Of a stretch of 64,000 nucleotides of DNA, positions 50,151 through 60,454 are shown in pieces. The number at the start of each line of letters is the position of its first letter. Positions within the stretch are counted from its first letter, which is position 1. Under the pieces are notes generated by a model. It had not been told where the DNA came from. It saw nothing but the letters and a program-made list of their open reading frames with translations, and did no database searches. This stretch comes from Candidatus Bathyarchaeota archaeon (GTDB taxonomy: Archaea > Thermoproteota > Bathyarchaeia > 40CM-2-53-6), in contig VBAW01000016.1 in assembly GCA_005888635.1 (NCBI GenBank), positions 133,859 through 197,858 on the forward strand, read 5' to 3'. The position numbers were made by a program, and so were the translations under genes.

Positions 50151-53100
50151 ATCTTTCGGTCGAGTGGTATCTCGACTGTGAAGGTCGTTCCCTCTCCAAC
50201 TTTGCTTGAGACTTTGATGTCGCCGTGGTGAGACTCGACTAACTGCTTGGCCACGGCCAGCCCAAGTCCTACCCCTTTATCTCTTGTAGTAAAGAGTGGG
50301 TTGAAGATCTTGGCCTTGATGTCTTCCGGGATTCCTTTTCCTGTGTCTTGGAAGCTGATCGTGGCTAACTCTTTGTTCTTCCACGCCTTTATCTTTAGCT
50401 GACCACCATCGGGCATTGCTTGTAAGGCATTCGCGATTATGTTGGTGAAGGCTCGGCGGAGCAAGTTTGGATCGACGGTCAGTTTGGGAAAGTCCGGCTC
50501 AAAGGAGGTGAGGACTTCTACAGTTGTGGGTATTGAGATCGAGGATCGTGTGTCGTCGATGAGGCCCTGGAGGTCGTATTCGACAAAAGAAGGCTTCGGT
50601 TGTCTGGCGTAGTCTTGGAGGTCGGATACGATCTTGTTCATGAAGTCGGCTTGCTCTCGAATAGTTTCCAGCGTTTTCTCGATGCGCAAGTTCTGCGGGG
50701 CTCCTCCAGATTTCATGCTCTCCATAGCTAGATGGACAGTGTTGATTATCGTCTGGAGTGGATTGCGAAGGTCGTGGCCGACCATTCCTGCTGTCTCACC
50801 AATGGCGGCCATGCGGGTTGAGTTCCTCAGCATTCTGGTTCTTTCCTCAACCACTTCTTCCAATTGTTCCGTGTGAGCTTTGAGCCTCTCCTCGGCTTGC
50901 TTTATGCGGTCGATGTCGACGAAGGCTATTACTGCACCGTCGATCTTGTTGTCTGTAGTCCTGTAAGGACGTATCCAAATCGAATACCAGCGGCCGTTGT
51001 TGTCTTTGACTTCTATTTCCTTGGGGGTAACGCTGTCTATTACATCGGTAATCAGAGAGCCGATATCGGGGGTCTTCGGGTTCAGATTGATGTCGATAAT
51101 CGAACGTCCGACATCGGTCGCGATCAGGTTGAACATCTTCTCTGCGTGGGGGGTGAAACGGCGTATCCGAAGGTCGTTGCCCAGCATGATGATCGGCAGG
51201 TTCGCGCTAACAAGAAGGTTTGTTATGTCATCATTGACCTGGGTGAGTTCTAAGTTTCGGTTTTGTAGTTCTTCGTTAACTGTGGTCAGTTCTTCGTTTG
51301 TGGACTGAAGCTCCTCTTTGGCTGTCTCCAGCTCCTCATTGGTGCTTTGAAGTTCCTCATTGCTCGACTGTATTTCCTCATTGGCGGCCCTCAATTCTTC
51401 TATGGCCGACTCGTTATCCTGTATGATCGACTGCAGATACTCCTTGTTTGCAGAAAGCTCCTGTTCGAGATGTAGGAGCTTGCGATCCTCGGCCATCTGG
51501 TCCCTCGCATACTTTGCGCCCCGGGCTCCGCCCGTCGTTGGGCCTGGGATCGGCCTTGGCAATGCTTCTTCGAACGCTATTAGAAAGTAGGGAAGGTTTG
51601 TCGAGGTCTTCAGCGGGACTACTTCTAGGTTGACGTCGACATATTTACCGTCAGATTTGATGGCAATCTCTTTCTTCCTAACGGTGTCGCCACTCGTCTT
51701 GGCCCTATCTATTGCAGCGCGCAAGTTCGTCATCAATCCTTCCCGGGCCATTTTCAGAACGTTGAGGCTGGCTTTCCCGGGCGCGGGCTCGAGGAAGAGA
51801 CCTGTGCGCCCGCGAAACTGGATAATCTCCAAGTCACTGTTCACGACGACGGTGGCAGGAGAGTATTTGGTCAACAAGATCCGGTCTGCTTCCTTGAAGA
51901 TGGCCTGTTCTGGGACTAGACCTTCTATCGGCCGGGCCTCTAATCTGTTAACGTGCCCAAGTTCAATCCCGTATTTCATCGAGAAGTCGAGTGGAGTACG
52001 TGGAACCATAGGTTTCTTGGAATAGATCTTGAGCCGTTTGTTCGCTACACTGAAAATGTTGTCGAATTCCCCTATGGTTTCGAAGTCCCCAAGGACGAGG
52101 AAGCCGGTGGGTTTGAGGGCGTAATGGAATATTGGAAGCAGTTTCTTCTGCAGAGGCGGCCCGAGGTAAATTAGCAAGTTTCTACAAACGATGAGATCAA
52201 GCTTCGAGAATGGTGGGTCGGCCGTCACGTTTTGCTTCGCGAAGATGCACATCTTCCGGATTGTCTTGTTTATCTGGTAGGAGCCGTTCGTCTTAACAAA
52301 GAAGCGTCGAAGTCGTTCTGCGGAGATGGAGGGGGATGCGCTGTACACGCCCTGCCGTGCCTTTTCTAGCACGTTCTCGTTTACGTCTGTGGCGAAGATC
52401 TGGATTGGCGGCTTGATGCGGGCATTGTCCAAGTACTCGAGCAGATTCATGGCCACGGAATAGACCTCTTCACCAGTCGAACAGCCGGGGATCCATATTC
52501 TGATGGGATCTTCAGCGGACCTGCTTTTCAAAATGTTGGGAAAGATCTCGGTTTTCAGAGCCTCGAGGGTAGCAGGCTCACGGAAGAACGCAGTAACGTT
52601 GATCAGAATATCTTGGAAGAGAGAGTTCAGCTCGCCAGGGTTTGTCTGCAAATACTTCAGGTAATTCGCCATCCGGTTAATCTTCAGAATGAGCATCCGT
52701 CTCAGGATTCGTCTCTTGATTGTGGCGTGTTTGTAGTCGGTGAAATCAACTCCTTTGCCCTTTCGCAAGAGGCTGAAGATCTTTTCCAGGTCGCTTTGAG
52801 GCAACAGCTCTTCCGCTTTTTCCGTCTCCAAGTACGGAACGTAGGGATGCTCACTAATCTTGGTGAGTTCCTGGGCTATCTCCTTGGGGGCGAGTACTAG
52901 GTCCACGAAGCCCGCGGCGACCGCGCTGCGAGGTAGATCGTAATACTTTGCTGATTTCTCATCTTGAGCAATTGTGATCCCACCTTCCGCCTTTATGGCC
53001 TTCAGCCCCTGAACACCATCCATTGAGGTCCCGGAGAGGATCACTCCAATGGCTCGGCCATTCTGATCTAGGGACAAGGATTGGAAGAAGTGGTCAATGG

Positions 53101-53611
53101 GCATATGCTTGCGGTCAACCTCCACGCGCGGAGTAAGGTGGAGCGCTCCCTTGGAAATGGTCATGCTCGTGTTCGGCGGGATCACGTAGACGTTTCTCGG
53201 CTTCACCTGCATGCCATCGGTGACCTCGGTGACAGGCAGCTTGGTTGTCTTGGAAAGAAGCTCAGTCAAGAGACTCTTGTACGTGGGGTCTAAGTGTTGT
53301 ACCAGGACCAGCGCCATGTTGATGTCTGGCGGGAGCTCCCGAAGGAGTTGAGTGAAGGCTTCGAGCCCGCCCGCAGAGGCACCAATGCCCACGACTGGGA
53401 AGGACTCATCTACGGACGTAGCGTGGTCAATAGTCTTCGCCCTCCGAGTAGGTGCCGACTTTATTGGCCTGAACCGGGGTCTCCGCGTACTGGCAACACC
53501 TTTCGTCTTGCTCATTGGTCTTTTACGGTTGACGAGTTCTTGGGCCATACAGAGAGCGCTTGAGGATACTTCTCGTCGTGAGCGTGGGCTTAGCGGAATA
53601 TAAAAGAACAA
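50147..53611 (-). CDS. CheB-CheR-PAS-histidine kinase fusion
   Basis: GASAGG, QHL, SGT.MDG (CheB); INVTAFFR, GCSTGEE, CRNLLIY (CheR); EELQSTNEEL coil; HDLRNPL and N/G boxes. Confidence 0.95.
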   Translation of the reverse strand: MFFYIPLSPRSRREVSSSALCMAQELVNRKRPMSKTKGVASTRRPRFRPIKSAPTRRAKTIDHATSVDESFPVVGIGASAGGLEAFTQLLRELPPDINMALVLVQHLDPTYKSLLTELLSKTTKLPVTEVTDGMQVKPRNVYVIPPNTSMTISKGALHLTPRVEVDRKHMPIDHFFQSLSLDQNGRAIGVILSGTSMDGVQGLKAIKAEGGITIAQDEKSAKYYDLPRSAVAAGFVDLVLAPKEIAQELTKISEHPYVPYLETEKAEELLPQSDLEKIFSLLRKGKGVDFTDYKHATIKRRILRRMLILKINRMANYLKYLQTNPGELNSLFQDILINVTAFFREPATLEALKTEIFPNILKSRSAEDPIRIWIPGCSTGEEVYSVAMNLLEYLDNARIKPPIQIFATDVNENVLEKARQGVYSASPSISAERLRRFFVKTNGSYQINKTIRKMCIFAKQNVTADPPFSKLDLIVCRNLLIYLGPPLQKKLLPIFHYALKPTGFLVLGDFETIGEFDNIFSVANKRLKIYSKKPMVPRTPLDFSMKYGIELGHVNRLEARPIEGLVPEQAIFKEADRILLTKYSPATVVVNSDLEIIQFRGRTGLFLEPAPGKASLNVLKMAREGLMTNLRAAIDRAKTSGDTVRKKEIAIKSDGKYVDVNLEVVPLKTSTNLPYFLIAFEEALPRPIPGPTTGGARGAKYARDQMAEDRKLLHLEQELSANKEYLQSIIQDNESAIEELRAANEEIQSSNEELQSTNEELETAKEELQSTNEELTTVNEELQNRNLELTQVNDDITNLLVSANLPIIMLGNDLRIRRFTPHAEKMFNLIATDVGRSIIDINLNPKTPDIGSLITDVIDSVTPKEIEVKDNNGRWYSIWIRPYRTTDNKIDGAVIAFVDIDRIKQAEERLKAHTEQLEEVVEERTRMLRNSTRMAAIGETAGMVGHDLRNPLQTIINTVHLAMESMKSGGAPQNLRIEKTLETIREQADFMNKIVSDLQDYARQPKPSFVEYDLQGLIDDTRSSISIPTTVEVLTSFEPDFPKLTVDPNLLRRAFTNIIANALQAMPDGGQLKIKAWKNKELATISFQDTGKGIPEDIKAKIFNPLFTTRDKGVGLGLAVAKQLVESHHGDIKVSSKVGEGTTFTVEIPLDRKI

Positions 53612-53675
53612 CCCACACCCCTATATTGCATTAATTGGATGAGCAATGGACTTTCGCCTTCCGCCCCACTTCTAG

Positions 53676-54497
53676 TTGGTACAGATGGTTACCCAAGCAG
53701 AAGCAAAGATTCACCGAGTCGGCCCGCGCCACACCATCTACCTAGCTAAGGATCTGGTGGAAGATAGCACCTTTCCATTCAGTGCCAACGAGGATCTCAC
53801 GGTAAGGATTGAAGGAGGCGCTTTGATAATAGACAAGACGGGAAAGAGTGGCTACCGACTTCCTGACATGGAGGCACTGCCAAGTCGTAACCAACATGTG
53901 ATGGAGACCCTGGATAATCTCAACTTTTCTCCTATCGCCTCAAAGGCGGAGAGAATTCGCCAGATGCTGAGCGAAATTCATGAGGCAGAAATGTTAGAGT
54001 CACGTATACGACATATGCCGAAGAGTGAACACGCTATCCTCCTCTGGGAGGAAAAAAGCTTCCTCGACATTGTGCTGTCGGAATTCTTTGACCCTGGTGT
54101 GACTGGAAAAGCTGCTAAAGGACTCCTCTCTGCAAAACCGGCGACAATTGAATCCGTGAGCAACTTGTTGCTTGAGGAAGTGTCGGGTCTGGACAGGCAG
54201 ACGGCCGCGAGGAAGATAAGAGACTGGATGTTAGAGGTCCACTCAACGAACAAGTCCAACCTTCCGACCAGAATCGCAGTGGAGGATTATTCCTGGCTTC
54301 TTCAGAATGGCTCGGCCAAAGGACTCTTGGAGGTAGAGCAAAACATCGGGCTGAGGGTTAGAGAGAATATGACGATACTCTGTGGGTATGACGTCTCGAA
54401 CGTGATTGACCCCAAGCAGTTAGACAAGGTAATGGGTTTCCATGGTTATGCGATCATGGACCATCCGTTCAGAGTGTACAGGAGAGCAGGAGATTGA
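53676..54497 (+). CDS. AbrB-like DNA-binding domain plus MEDS-like sensory domain
   Basis: HTIYLAKDLVEDSTFPF; EHAILL...E..LCGYD. Confidence 0.6.
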   Translation: MVQMVTQAEAKIHRVGPRHTIYLAKDLVEDSTFPFSANEDLTVRIEGGALIIDKTGKSGYRLPDMEALPSRNQHVMETLDNLNFSPIASKAERIRQMLSEIHEAEMLESRIRHMPKSEHAILLWEEKSFLDIVLSEFFDPGVTGKAAKGLLSAKPATIESVSNLLLEEVSGLDRQTAARKIRDWMLEVHSTNKSNLPTRIAVEDYSWLLQNGSAKGLLEVEQNIGLRVRENMTILCGYDVSNVIDPKQLDKVMGFHGYAIMDHPFRVYRRAGD

Positions 54498-54669
54498 TCT
54501 TGGCCGGCGAGGCACGTACCGGCTCAGACGCAGCCTAGCACGCGTAAACTCTCCCGACTTCTGAAGTCTTCTTGTTGACGTAGGAAGGTTTTTGATTATT
54601 CGGATGGTGTATAAAATGTTATATACGTATCATGCGGACTAAAACCGAGCTGACCTGTTAGGAAGTGCT

Positions 54670-54927
54670 TTGGCCGTGCCCAAGTTCATGCTTAGTATGA
54701 AAGAAAAGCCGTTCGCCGAAATATCTTCTGAAGCAAAGAATAGAGGCGTGACTGTCCAAGAACTGTTGAGGGCCGTAATTGTGCCGGAATGGGCTAGGGA
54801 AAATCTGAAGCCCTCCAATATCGCACAGACTTCGATGCAAATTACGCCCAACCAGACCAAGCCCTCCATGTCCTCCAGACAACGAGACTCGAGGCTCGCA
54901 ATCACCGTCGGCCAGCTGAGGACCTAG
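54670..54927 (+). CDS. Ribbon-helix-helix-like small regulator
   Basis: FMLSM, EAKNRGVTVQELLRAVIVPEW. Confidence 0.65.
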   Translation: MAVPKFMLSMKEKPFAEISSEAKNRGVTVQELLRAVIVPEWARENLKPSNIAQTSMQITPNQTKPSMSSRQRDSRLAITVGQLRT

Positions 54928-55009
54928 TCAGGAGATGCTCCGCCGGAAAGATGAGCCTGCTCGAAATTCTGCGCAAGCATGTGCAGATCTCTCTGAGGGA
55001 GGTGAGTAG

Positions 55010-55210
55010 ATGAAGAAAGTCAAACCTGGTGATAGGGTGTGGGTCAAGACCCCGCGTGCAATAGTAGAACGTAAGGTTGGAACAGTAATCGCCGCTAGGA
55101 AAACGCCCAAGGGCGTTCGGTACCTTGTAGAATGGGAAGTTGACTTGTTAGAGCGCCCGAATGGACACCACCCCGGATACCTCGCCCACGAGATCGTCCC
55201 AGCAAATTGA
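55010..55210 (+). CDS. Small SH3/KOW-like hypothetical protein
   Basis: KPGDRVWV..GTV..YLVEW; GGAGGTGA Shine-Dalgarno upstream. Confidence 0.6.
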   Translation: MKKVKPGDRVWVKTPRAIVERKVGTVIAARKTPKGVRYLVEWEVDLLERPNGHHPGYLAHEIVPAN

Positions 55211-55447
55211 AGGGTCGCTTGATGAAGATCGAAATGTCTCTTCGTTGAGCAGTGAAAGTAGCTGAGCTTCCGTGCCCCAGGAAGTCATGCTTATTCATAG
55301 AGTAGTCCATCCGTAATGAGCAATTTGTGAACTCAAGAAGTTCAGCCGGCTATCTTTAGCCGCTTTTCGTGTTGTCGGAGCGTTTAACCGTACTTTTACT
55401 GTGATACCTCTCCGCTGTCACTTCGGAGACATGATTATCAGGCAAAA

Positions 55448-55772
55448 GGCGGTGGTGGCGTCCGTTGGTGATGGGCATCTCTTCCAAACAGGGTGTCCCG
55501 GTCGTCGTCTCGACCCTGGGATCCCAACTGCGTCGAACGTCGACCTTACGACTGCTCCCTTCCGGGCCTCGCCGGATTCGACCGTGAGAAGGTAGCAACC
55601 CTCTCTTCAGAGAGTGCTCCTCCGCCGCCGACCTGTTAGGGCAGAGTTTCATTGTTGACAGCCTGGTCTTCTGCCTTGTCGAGGCTACCGCTCACCAGCG
55701 TTAGCGGACTCCCGCATAGGTCGATTTCGGGTAACAGGAAACGACCAGCTTCCCAGTCCCCCACCACCGCCC
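55448..55772 (-). ncRNA. ffs: Archaeal signal recognition particle (7S) RNA
   Basis: Helix-8 motif GGCCCGGAAGGGAGCAG; terminal pairing GGCGGTGGTGG/CCACCACCGCC; TTATAT about 25 nt upstream; ~325 nt. Confidence 0.92.
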
Positions 55773-55899
55773 AAACAGAGCGAGCCGAAACAGTCGATAT
55801 AAGAATATCAGGCGAGAACCGATCGGACACCCGTCTGGGTTCAATTGCTAAGCGAAAAAGGGAGTGCTTTTACATGGATGCTTTTCCGAACCAAGAGAC

Positions 55900-56442
55900 A
55901 TGGACGATGAAGAAGCAGAGCTCGAAGAGGGCGAGTCAGATATCGGGGAGACAGCGGCCGAAGCCCCCGGACGAGTAGCATCAACTAGGACCCTCGTTGA
56001 CATTCCTGTCATTCCTTTTGAGCCACCAACTACAGGAAGCGGCCACGACATTGGAGAAAAACAAGGCAAGCTTCGAACGGCGATTCTTGAACGGGTCTCA
56101 CAGAATGAGCTTGCGAAGTTTAAGGAAGCGTTGAAGGGTCATCTAGTAACAATAACGTTAGGATTCTTTCTCTGGAAAGGCTCGACAAAGACGACGAACA
56201 CTCGGGCTGTGAAGGACTTGGACAATCTGATGAAGATAATTTTCGACGTCCTCGGCAAAGGTCAACAAGGACTGGGTCTATTAGAAGAGGACAGTTACAT
56301 CTGCGAAGTCTATGCGAAGAAAGAGCTGGTCGAGGATCAGGCCGAAGAAGGACTCAGAATCATAATAGAGGAATATGAAGACGAAGAAATGCAAAAGGTG
56401 CTGAAGGAGTTCTATTCGAAGAAAAGCAAGGTATCTGCCTAG
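55900..56442 (+). CDS. RusA-like Holliday junction resolvase fold protein
   Basis: KDLDNLMKIIFDVL...EEDSYI matches the RusA DxDN-K-D pattern. Confidence 0.6.
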   Translation: MDDEEAELEEGESDIGETAAEAPGRVASTRTLVDIPVIPFEPPTTGSGHDIGEKQGKLRTAILERVSQNELAKFKEALKGHLVTITLGFFLWKGSTKTTNTRAVKDLDNLMKIIFDVLGKGQQGLGLLEEDSYICEVYAKKELVEDQAEEGLRIIIEEYEDEEMQKVLKEFYSKKSKVSA

Positions 56443-57404
56443 AGCGGTGGAGCAGTCTCGCTCAATTTCTCTTTGGGAAGTTTGGACCATTTGAGAAACT
56501 CTGCACTGGGCTTCTCCTCCTCGTAGAGTTCTTTTCGACGACACTCCAAAGGATTCGGCTCCTTTCGCGCGAGTTCCGCAGCCGTGATGACTCGATGCCC
56601 CACCTTTTCAGCGGACTTTCTGACTGGTTCTAGGAACTTGTACCAGCCCTCGTCCCTTAGCAGATGATGGTCTATGACCAGAGTTTCGACTTCTTTTGCG
56701 ATCATTTCCATATGAACTAATGCTGTTCGGAAGAATTCCTCACCTATTCGAAATCCTTGCAGATACGTGGGTGGTCCACCCAAGATCACCAAACTGGGTT
56801 TTTCGTCAAGTATGACTTTGACGGTCTTTTTCGAGACTGGCCCTTGAACGTCAGGCGCGAACACGATTTTTTCATCTGACTTCTCTATCATGCAGGGTAA
56901 GACCCATCCAAGGCCTGACTCATCCTCACCGTGTGGCTGTGGGGGCGGGAAGCGGATGGTTGTTTTTCCAAACTCGAATGTTCGATTGTCGGCGGTCTCG
57001 AATTTCTCAGCCCATTTTTCGGCGGACTGCTTGAACATCCAGCCCCGCCGCCGCTGTGCAGTGTTGATGTTGCTCCGAAAGTCCTTGGCGAGGACAATCT
57101 TGCCAGCGTACGTTTTCTCTGAGAGTTCAGGGGTGCTTCCAAGCCAGACAGGGTCAAGGTAGTTTGGAGTGTGATGATCGTTATGATAGTGAGAAATCGT
57201 TATGACCTTGGCCTTGGCCGCGGCCTCGTTGATTCTCTCACGAGCCTCATCCCTCGCTCTGAACTCTCGAGGATGAGGCATCAATCGGAACCTGGGACCC
57301 AAAGCTACCCCGGCATCTAACAGAACGGTCACGTCCCGAGTTCGCACCAGAGTACACATTGAACGGACGCCCAAGCTTTCGAACGCCAAGGGCGTGACTG
57401 TTAT
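56439..57404 (-). CDS. UPF0282-like metallo-beta-lactamase fold hydrolase
   Basis: PLAFESLGVRSM, ISHYHNDH, PHG, DVQGP, DHHLLRD; start uncertain (57389 TTG or upstream). Confidence 0.85.
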   Translation of the reverse strand: MTVTPLAFESLGVRSMCTLVRTRDVTVLLDAGVALGPRFRLMPHPREFRARDEARERINEAAAKAKVITISHYHNDHHTPNYLDPVWLGSTPELSEKTYAGKIVLAKDFRSNINTAQRRRGWMFKQSAEKWAEKFETADNRTFEFGKTTIRFPPPQPHGEDESGLGWVLPCMIEKSDEKIVFAPDVQGPVSKKTVKVILDEKPSLVILGGPPTYLQGFRIGEEFFRTALVHMEMIAKEVETLVIDHHLLRDEGWYKFLEPVRKSAEKVGHRVITAAELARKEPNPLECRRKELYEEEKPSAEFLKWSKLPKEKLSETAPPL

Positions 57405-57466
57405 TGGAGCCGAGGACGAGTTCTCCCAATATCCTCAAGATCAAAGGTCTGTAGATTAATCGCACT

Positions 57467-57847
57467 ATGCGCCATTTTCATAGATGTGTAATTGTCACCG
57501 AGTTTGTTACGGCTCGGTTGGACTCAGTTATTATCCCCCTATCGCCAAACGTTCGAAGAGAGTTAGCCTCCGAATTGTCGCAACGAGTGTCGGACCCGAA
57601 TCACCCTTACTGTCATTATTGTGAGGAGTCGACTTATCATGAGTACGACCCATACTTTCACGCTTGGGTCTGTCAGACTTGCTTCGGGGGAATGATTCGT
57701 GTGGACAAGAAGGACCCGCTCTCAGTCATACGAGCAGAACTAAACAGTCTTGCGCTGCACGTAGCCAAGAGCGGTTATAATGCAGAAGTAAAGGGGAAGC
57801 TTAGGGAAGCTGCTTCGCGACTTCAAAAGCTCGCGGAACAGCCGTAG
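57467..57847 (+). CDS. Hypothetical zinc-finger protein
   Basis: CHYC..CQTC. Confidence 0.55.
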   Translation: MRHFHRCVIVTEFVTARLDSVIIPLSPNVRRELASELSQRVSDPNHPYCHYCEESTYHEYDPYFHAWVCQTCFGGMIRVDKKDPLSVIRAELNSLALHVAKSGYNAEVKGKLREAASRLQKLAEQP

Positions 57848-57978
57848 ACCACCCTTCTGTTTACCAACAATTATTGCCGGGGTCCAGACTTACAACCCTA
57901 GACTTTCATTCCGGAAATGAGACGACAAACATCGGTCTAACAGAACGGTTTTATTCATTCATTCCCATCCCCGAAATC

Positions 57979-58046
57979 GGGTCCGATGACTTCTCTGGCC
58001 CAGCGGACACGTCCTAAGGGACTGGATGAAGTGGATCTTGAGACCC
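57979..58046 (+). ncRNA. Candidate C/D-box-like small RNA
   Basis: GGGTC/GACCC terminal stem enclosing two GATGA boxes and TTGA; boxes are degenerate. Confidence 0.3.
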
Positions 58047-58062
58047 TTAACTACGGGCAAGA

Positions 58063-59355
58063 ATGAGCGAGGACCCATTACATCGGAACCACCCAAAAAC
58101 ACAACCGCATGACCGTGAGACCAGCGGAACAATGAAGCAAGAAACCGAGAAGCTAGAAGCAGTCTCTAGCAAAAGATGGCTAGTCCTCGGCTCAGTCCTG
58201 ACCTCCCGCGTTATCTACACCATCAACTGGTTCAACATCGCCCCGCTACTCGGTGCGACGGGTCTCATCGCTCTCGGACTAAGCATTGATCTGCCGTCTC
58301 AAGGGCTTCTCACGTCTTCATTTCTACTGGGCGCAGGAATATTTCAGATTCCCGCAGGAATCGTCTCGGCGAGATGGGGGCCGAAAAATACCTCTCAACT
58401 AGGAATGTTGATTCTTTCACTCTCTGGAATAGGAGAAGGACTCTCCCCGAACTTCCCGGTACTTCTAGTGTCAAGATTCCTGCTGGGACTCGGAGCTGCC
58501 CTATTCTTCGCACCTGCGATAGGGATCCTCACACCCTTGTTCCGGCAAGAAGAGGAGGGGCTAGTCTTGGGTCTTTACAATAGCTGTTTCAACATTGGGG
58601 GAGCGATCGGGCTGTTCGGCTGGGTAATAGTCACGGACTTCCTCGGCTGGCGAGGTGGCCTGGTGCTAGGTGGCGTCATTGGTGTGATCTCGGTCTTGAT
58701 CGGACAGGTTGTTATTCCTCGCGACAAGGTGATCCCGCGAACTCAAAGGCGATCGATGAGGCCCGTTTTCAGGAATCGAAACATCTGGCTCATTGCTTTC
58801 GGAGTCCTAGGTTTTTGGGGAGCGATCTTTTCGTCGTCCACATTTCTTGAAGCCTACACGAAAGATGTCTACGGAATTACTCCGTATATTTCGGGGTTGA
58901 TGGCTTCAACAATCATGTTCGCAAGCATATTCGGCGGACCATCTGGAGGCTACTTGTCCGACCGACTCAGAAGGCGAAAGATCTTCATCCTAGTTCCAGG
59001 AATGCTTGGATCTCTTGGAATAATCCTGTTCGGGGTCTCTCAGCCACTTGAGCTCTGGCTCCTCATACCTCTCGTCGGATTCCTCGATGCCATCGTATTT
59101 TCCACGATGTACGCTAGCCCTAGCCAGTATCCGGAGGTCGGCCACGAGTATGCGCCTCTCGGAATAAGCATCATCAACTCCGTCCAGATACTCGGCAGCT
59201 TCCCAATCCCGATAATCTTCACATTTCTCGTAAACACTTACGGGCAAAACTACACCCCCGGTTGGTTTTTCATGGGAGGCTTGGCCTTGGTAATGATGCT
59301 CCTGATCCTAGGAATCAAGGAGCCGTTCAAAGCAAATTCGAAACCGTCAAGCTAG
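58063..59355 (+). CDS. MFS transporter
   Basis: QIPAGIVSARWGPK, GGYLSDRLRRRK; about 12 TM. Confidence 0.9.
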   Translation: MSEDPLHRNHPKTQPHDRETSGTMKQETEKLEAVSSKRWLVLGSVLTSRVIYTINWFNIAPLLGATGLIALGLSIDLPSQGLLTSSFLLGAGIFQIPAGIVSARWGPKNTSQLGMLILSLSGIGEGLSPNFPVLLVSRFLLGLGAALFFAPAIGILTPLFRQEEEGLVLGLYNSCFNIGGAIGLFGWVIVTDFLGWRGGLVLGGVIGVISVLIGQVVIPRDKVIPRTQRRSMRPVFRNRNIWLIAFGVLGFWGAIFSSSTFLEAYTKDVYGITPYISGLMASTIMFASIFGGPSGGYLSDRLRRRKIFILVPGMLGSLGIILFGVSQPLELWLLIPLVGFLDAIVFSTMYASPSQYPEVGHEYAPLGISIINSVQILGSFPIPIIFTFLVNTYGQNYTPGWFFMGGLALVMMLLILGIKEPFKANSKPSS

Positions 59356-60402
59356 TCTGTACAACTCGTCTTGCGGTACCGCGACGAGATCCATTTTCTT
59401 GCCGTCCCTTAGGATAAAGCGTCCCTTTGTGCGGGCGGTCGCCTGGCCAACCTCTGAGACTCTAACTCCCCGATTTCTCAGAGCCTTCATCACGGTCCCA
59501 ACACTGTTCGGCGCGATAGCTACAAGTAGGCACCCAGAACTCATCAGCTTCAACGGATCCAAACCTAGCTTCGAGCAAGTCTTCATGGTTTCCGTCGCCA
59601 CAGGAATTCTATCCGCCCATACTTCGATGCCCAGACCCGAAGCTTCAGCCAATTCCCACAAACCGTTCAAGACTCCGCCCTCAGTCGGGTCGTGCAAGGC
59701 GTGGACCCCTGATATCATCGAGATGCTCATTGCTTCTTCGACTATGCTGATCTGTTTCACGAAACTCTGAGCCTTCCGAATCGTTTCGTCTTTGACCCTC
59801 TTTAGCTGTCCCGAATATTCGGACGCGAGGATCGCGGTCCCCTCAATCCCTGCAGTCTTTGTCATGAGTATCCAGTCACCGACGCGCATGTTGGCTGAGC
59901 TGAGGACTCTACCTCGAATCTCGCCTATCATGAATCCCGCAATGAGCGGTCGGTCCAGATCGTGTGTCACCTCAGTGTGTCCGCCAGCGACCGTGATTCC
60001 TAGACTTCGTGACGCTCGATCGATTCCGCTCATTATTCGAGCTAGTTCTTTCTCACTGGTGCCAAGTGGGAGAAGCAGCGTGCACACGTACCATACTGGC
60101 TTGGCTCCAGTCACAGCGATATCGTTGGCGTTAATGTGAACGGAGTGTTCACCAATGTGCTTTGTCGTCCCAGTGACCGGATCAGCCGTCAAGACAACGA
60201 GTTTCTTTGCAAGCCTCACAACGGCGGTGTCTCGGCCAATTCCGGGTCCAAGAACGAGCCTTGGATTCCGTTTGCCACCGTGAGAATAAACGGCCCTAAC
60301 CATAGAGTCTGGCGGAATCTTCCCGACCCGAAACGAACGAGAACCGCTGGTTCTTCGCATCGATCTCTTATCGAGCACACTCACTTTAGAGGTATTGCTC
60401 AC
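59347..60402 (-). CDS. AIR synthase-related (PurM/HypE family) protein
   Basis: GPGIGRD, NANDIA, GGHTEVT, HDPTEGG, DPLKLMSSG. Confidence 0.88.
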   Translation of the reverse strand: MSNTSKVSVLDKRSMRRTSGSRSFRVGKIPPDSMVRAVYSHGGKRNPRLVLGPGIGRDTAVVRLAKKLVVLTADPVTGTTKHIGEHSVHINANDIAVTGAKPVWYVCTLLLPLGTSEKELARIMSGIDRASRSLGITVAGGHTEVTHDLDRPLIAGFMIGEIRGRVLSSANMRVGDWILMTKTAGIEGTAILASEYSGQLKRVKDETIRKAQSFVKQISIVEEAMSISMISGVHALHDPTEGGVLNGLWELAEASGLGIEVWADRIPVATETMKTCSKLGLDPLKLMSSGCLLVAIAPNSVGTVMKALRNRGVRVSEVGQATARTKGRFILRDGKKMDLVAVPQDELYRLA

Positions 60403-60454
60403 GCAGGAATCAAACCCATCAATCTATTAGTGCGAGACGCAAGGTATGTAGACC

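Noticed and set aside
51260..51400. Tandem DNA repeats, possibly CRISPR-like
   Set aside because: They encode the EELQSTNEEL coiled-coil heptads; no repeat-spacer array seen anywhere in the window
55356..55978. ORFs 55356-55652, 55401-55595, 55636-55830 and 55652-55978
   Set aside because: They overlap the SRP RNA gene and are spurious
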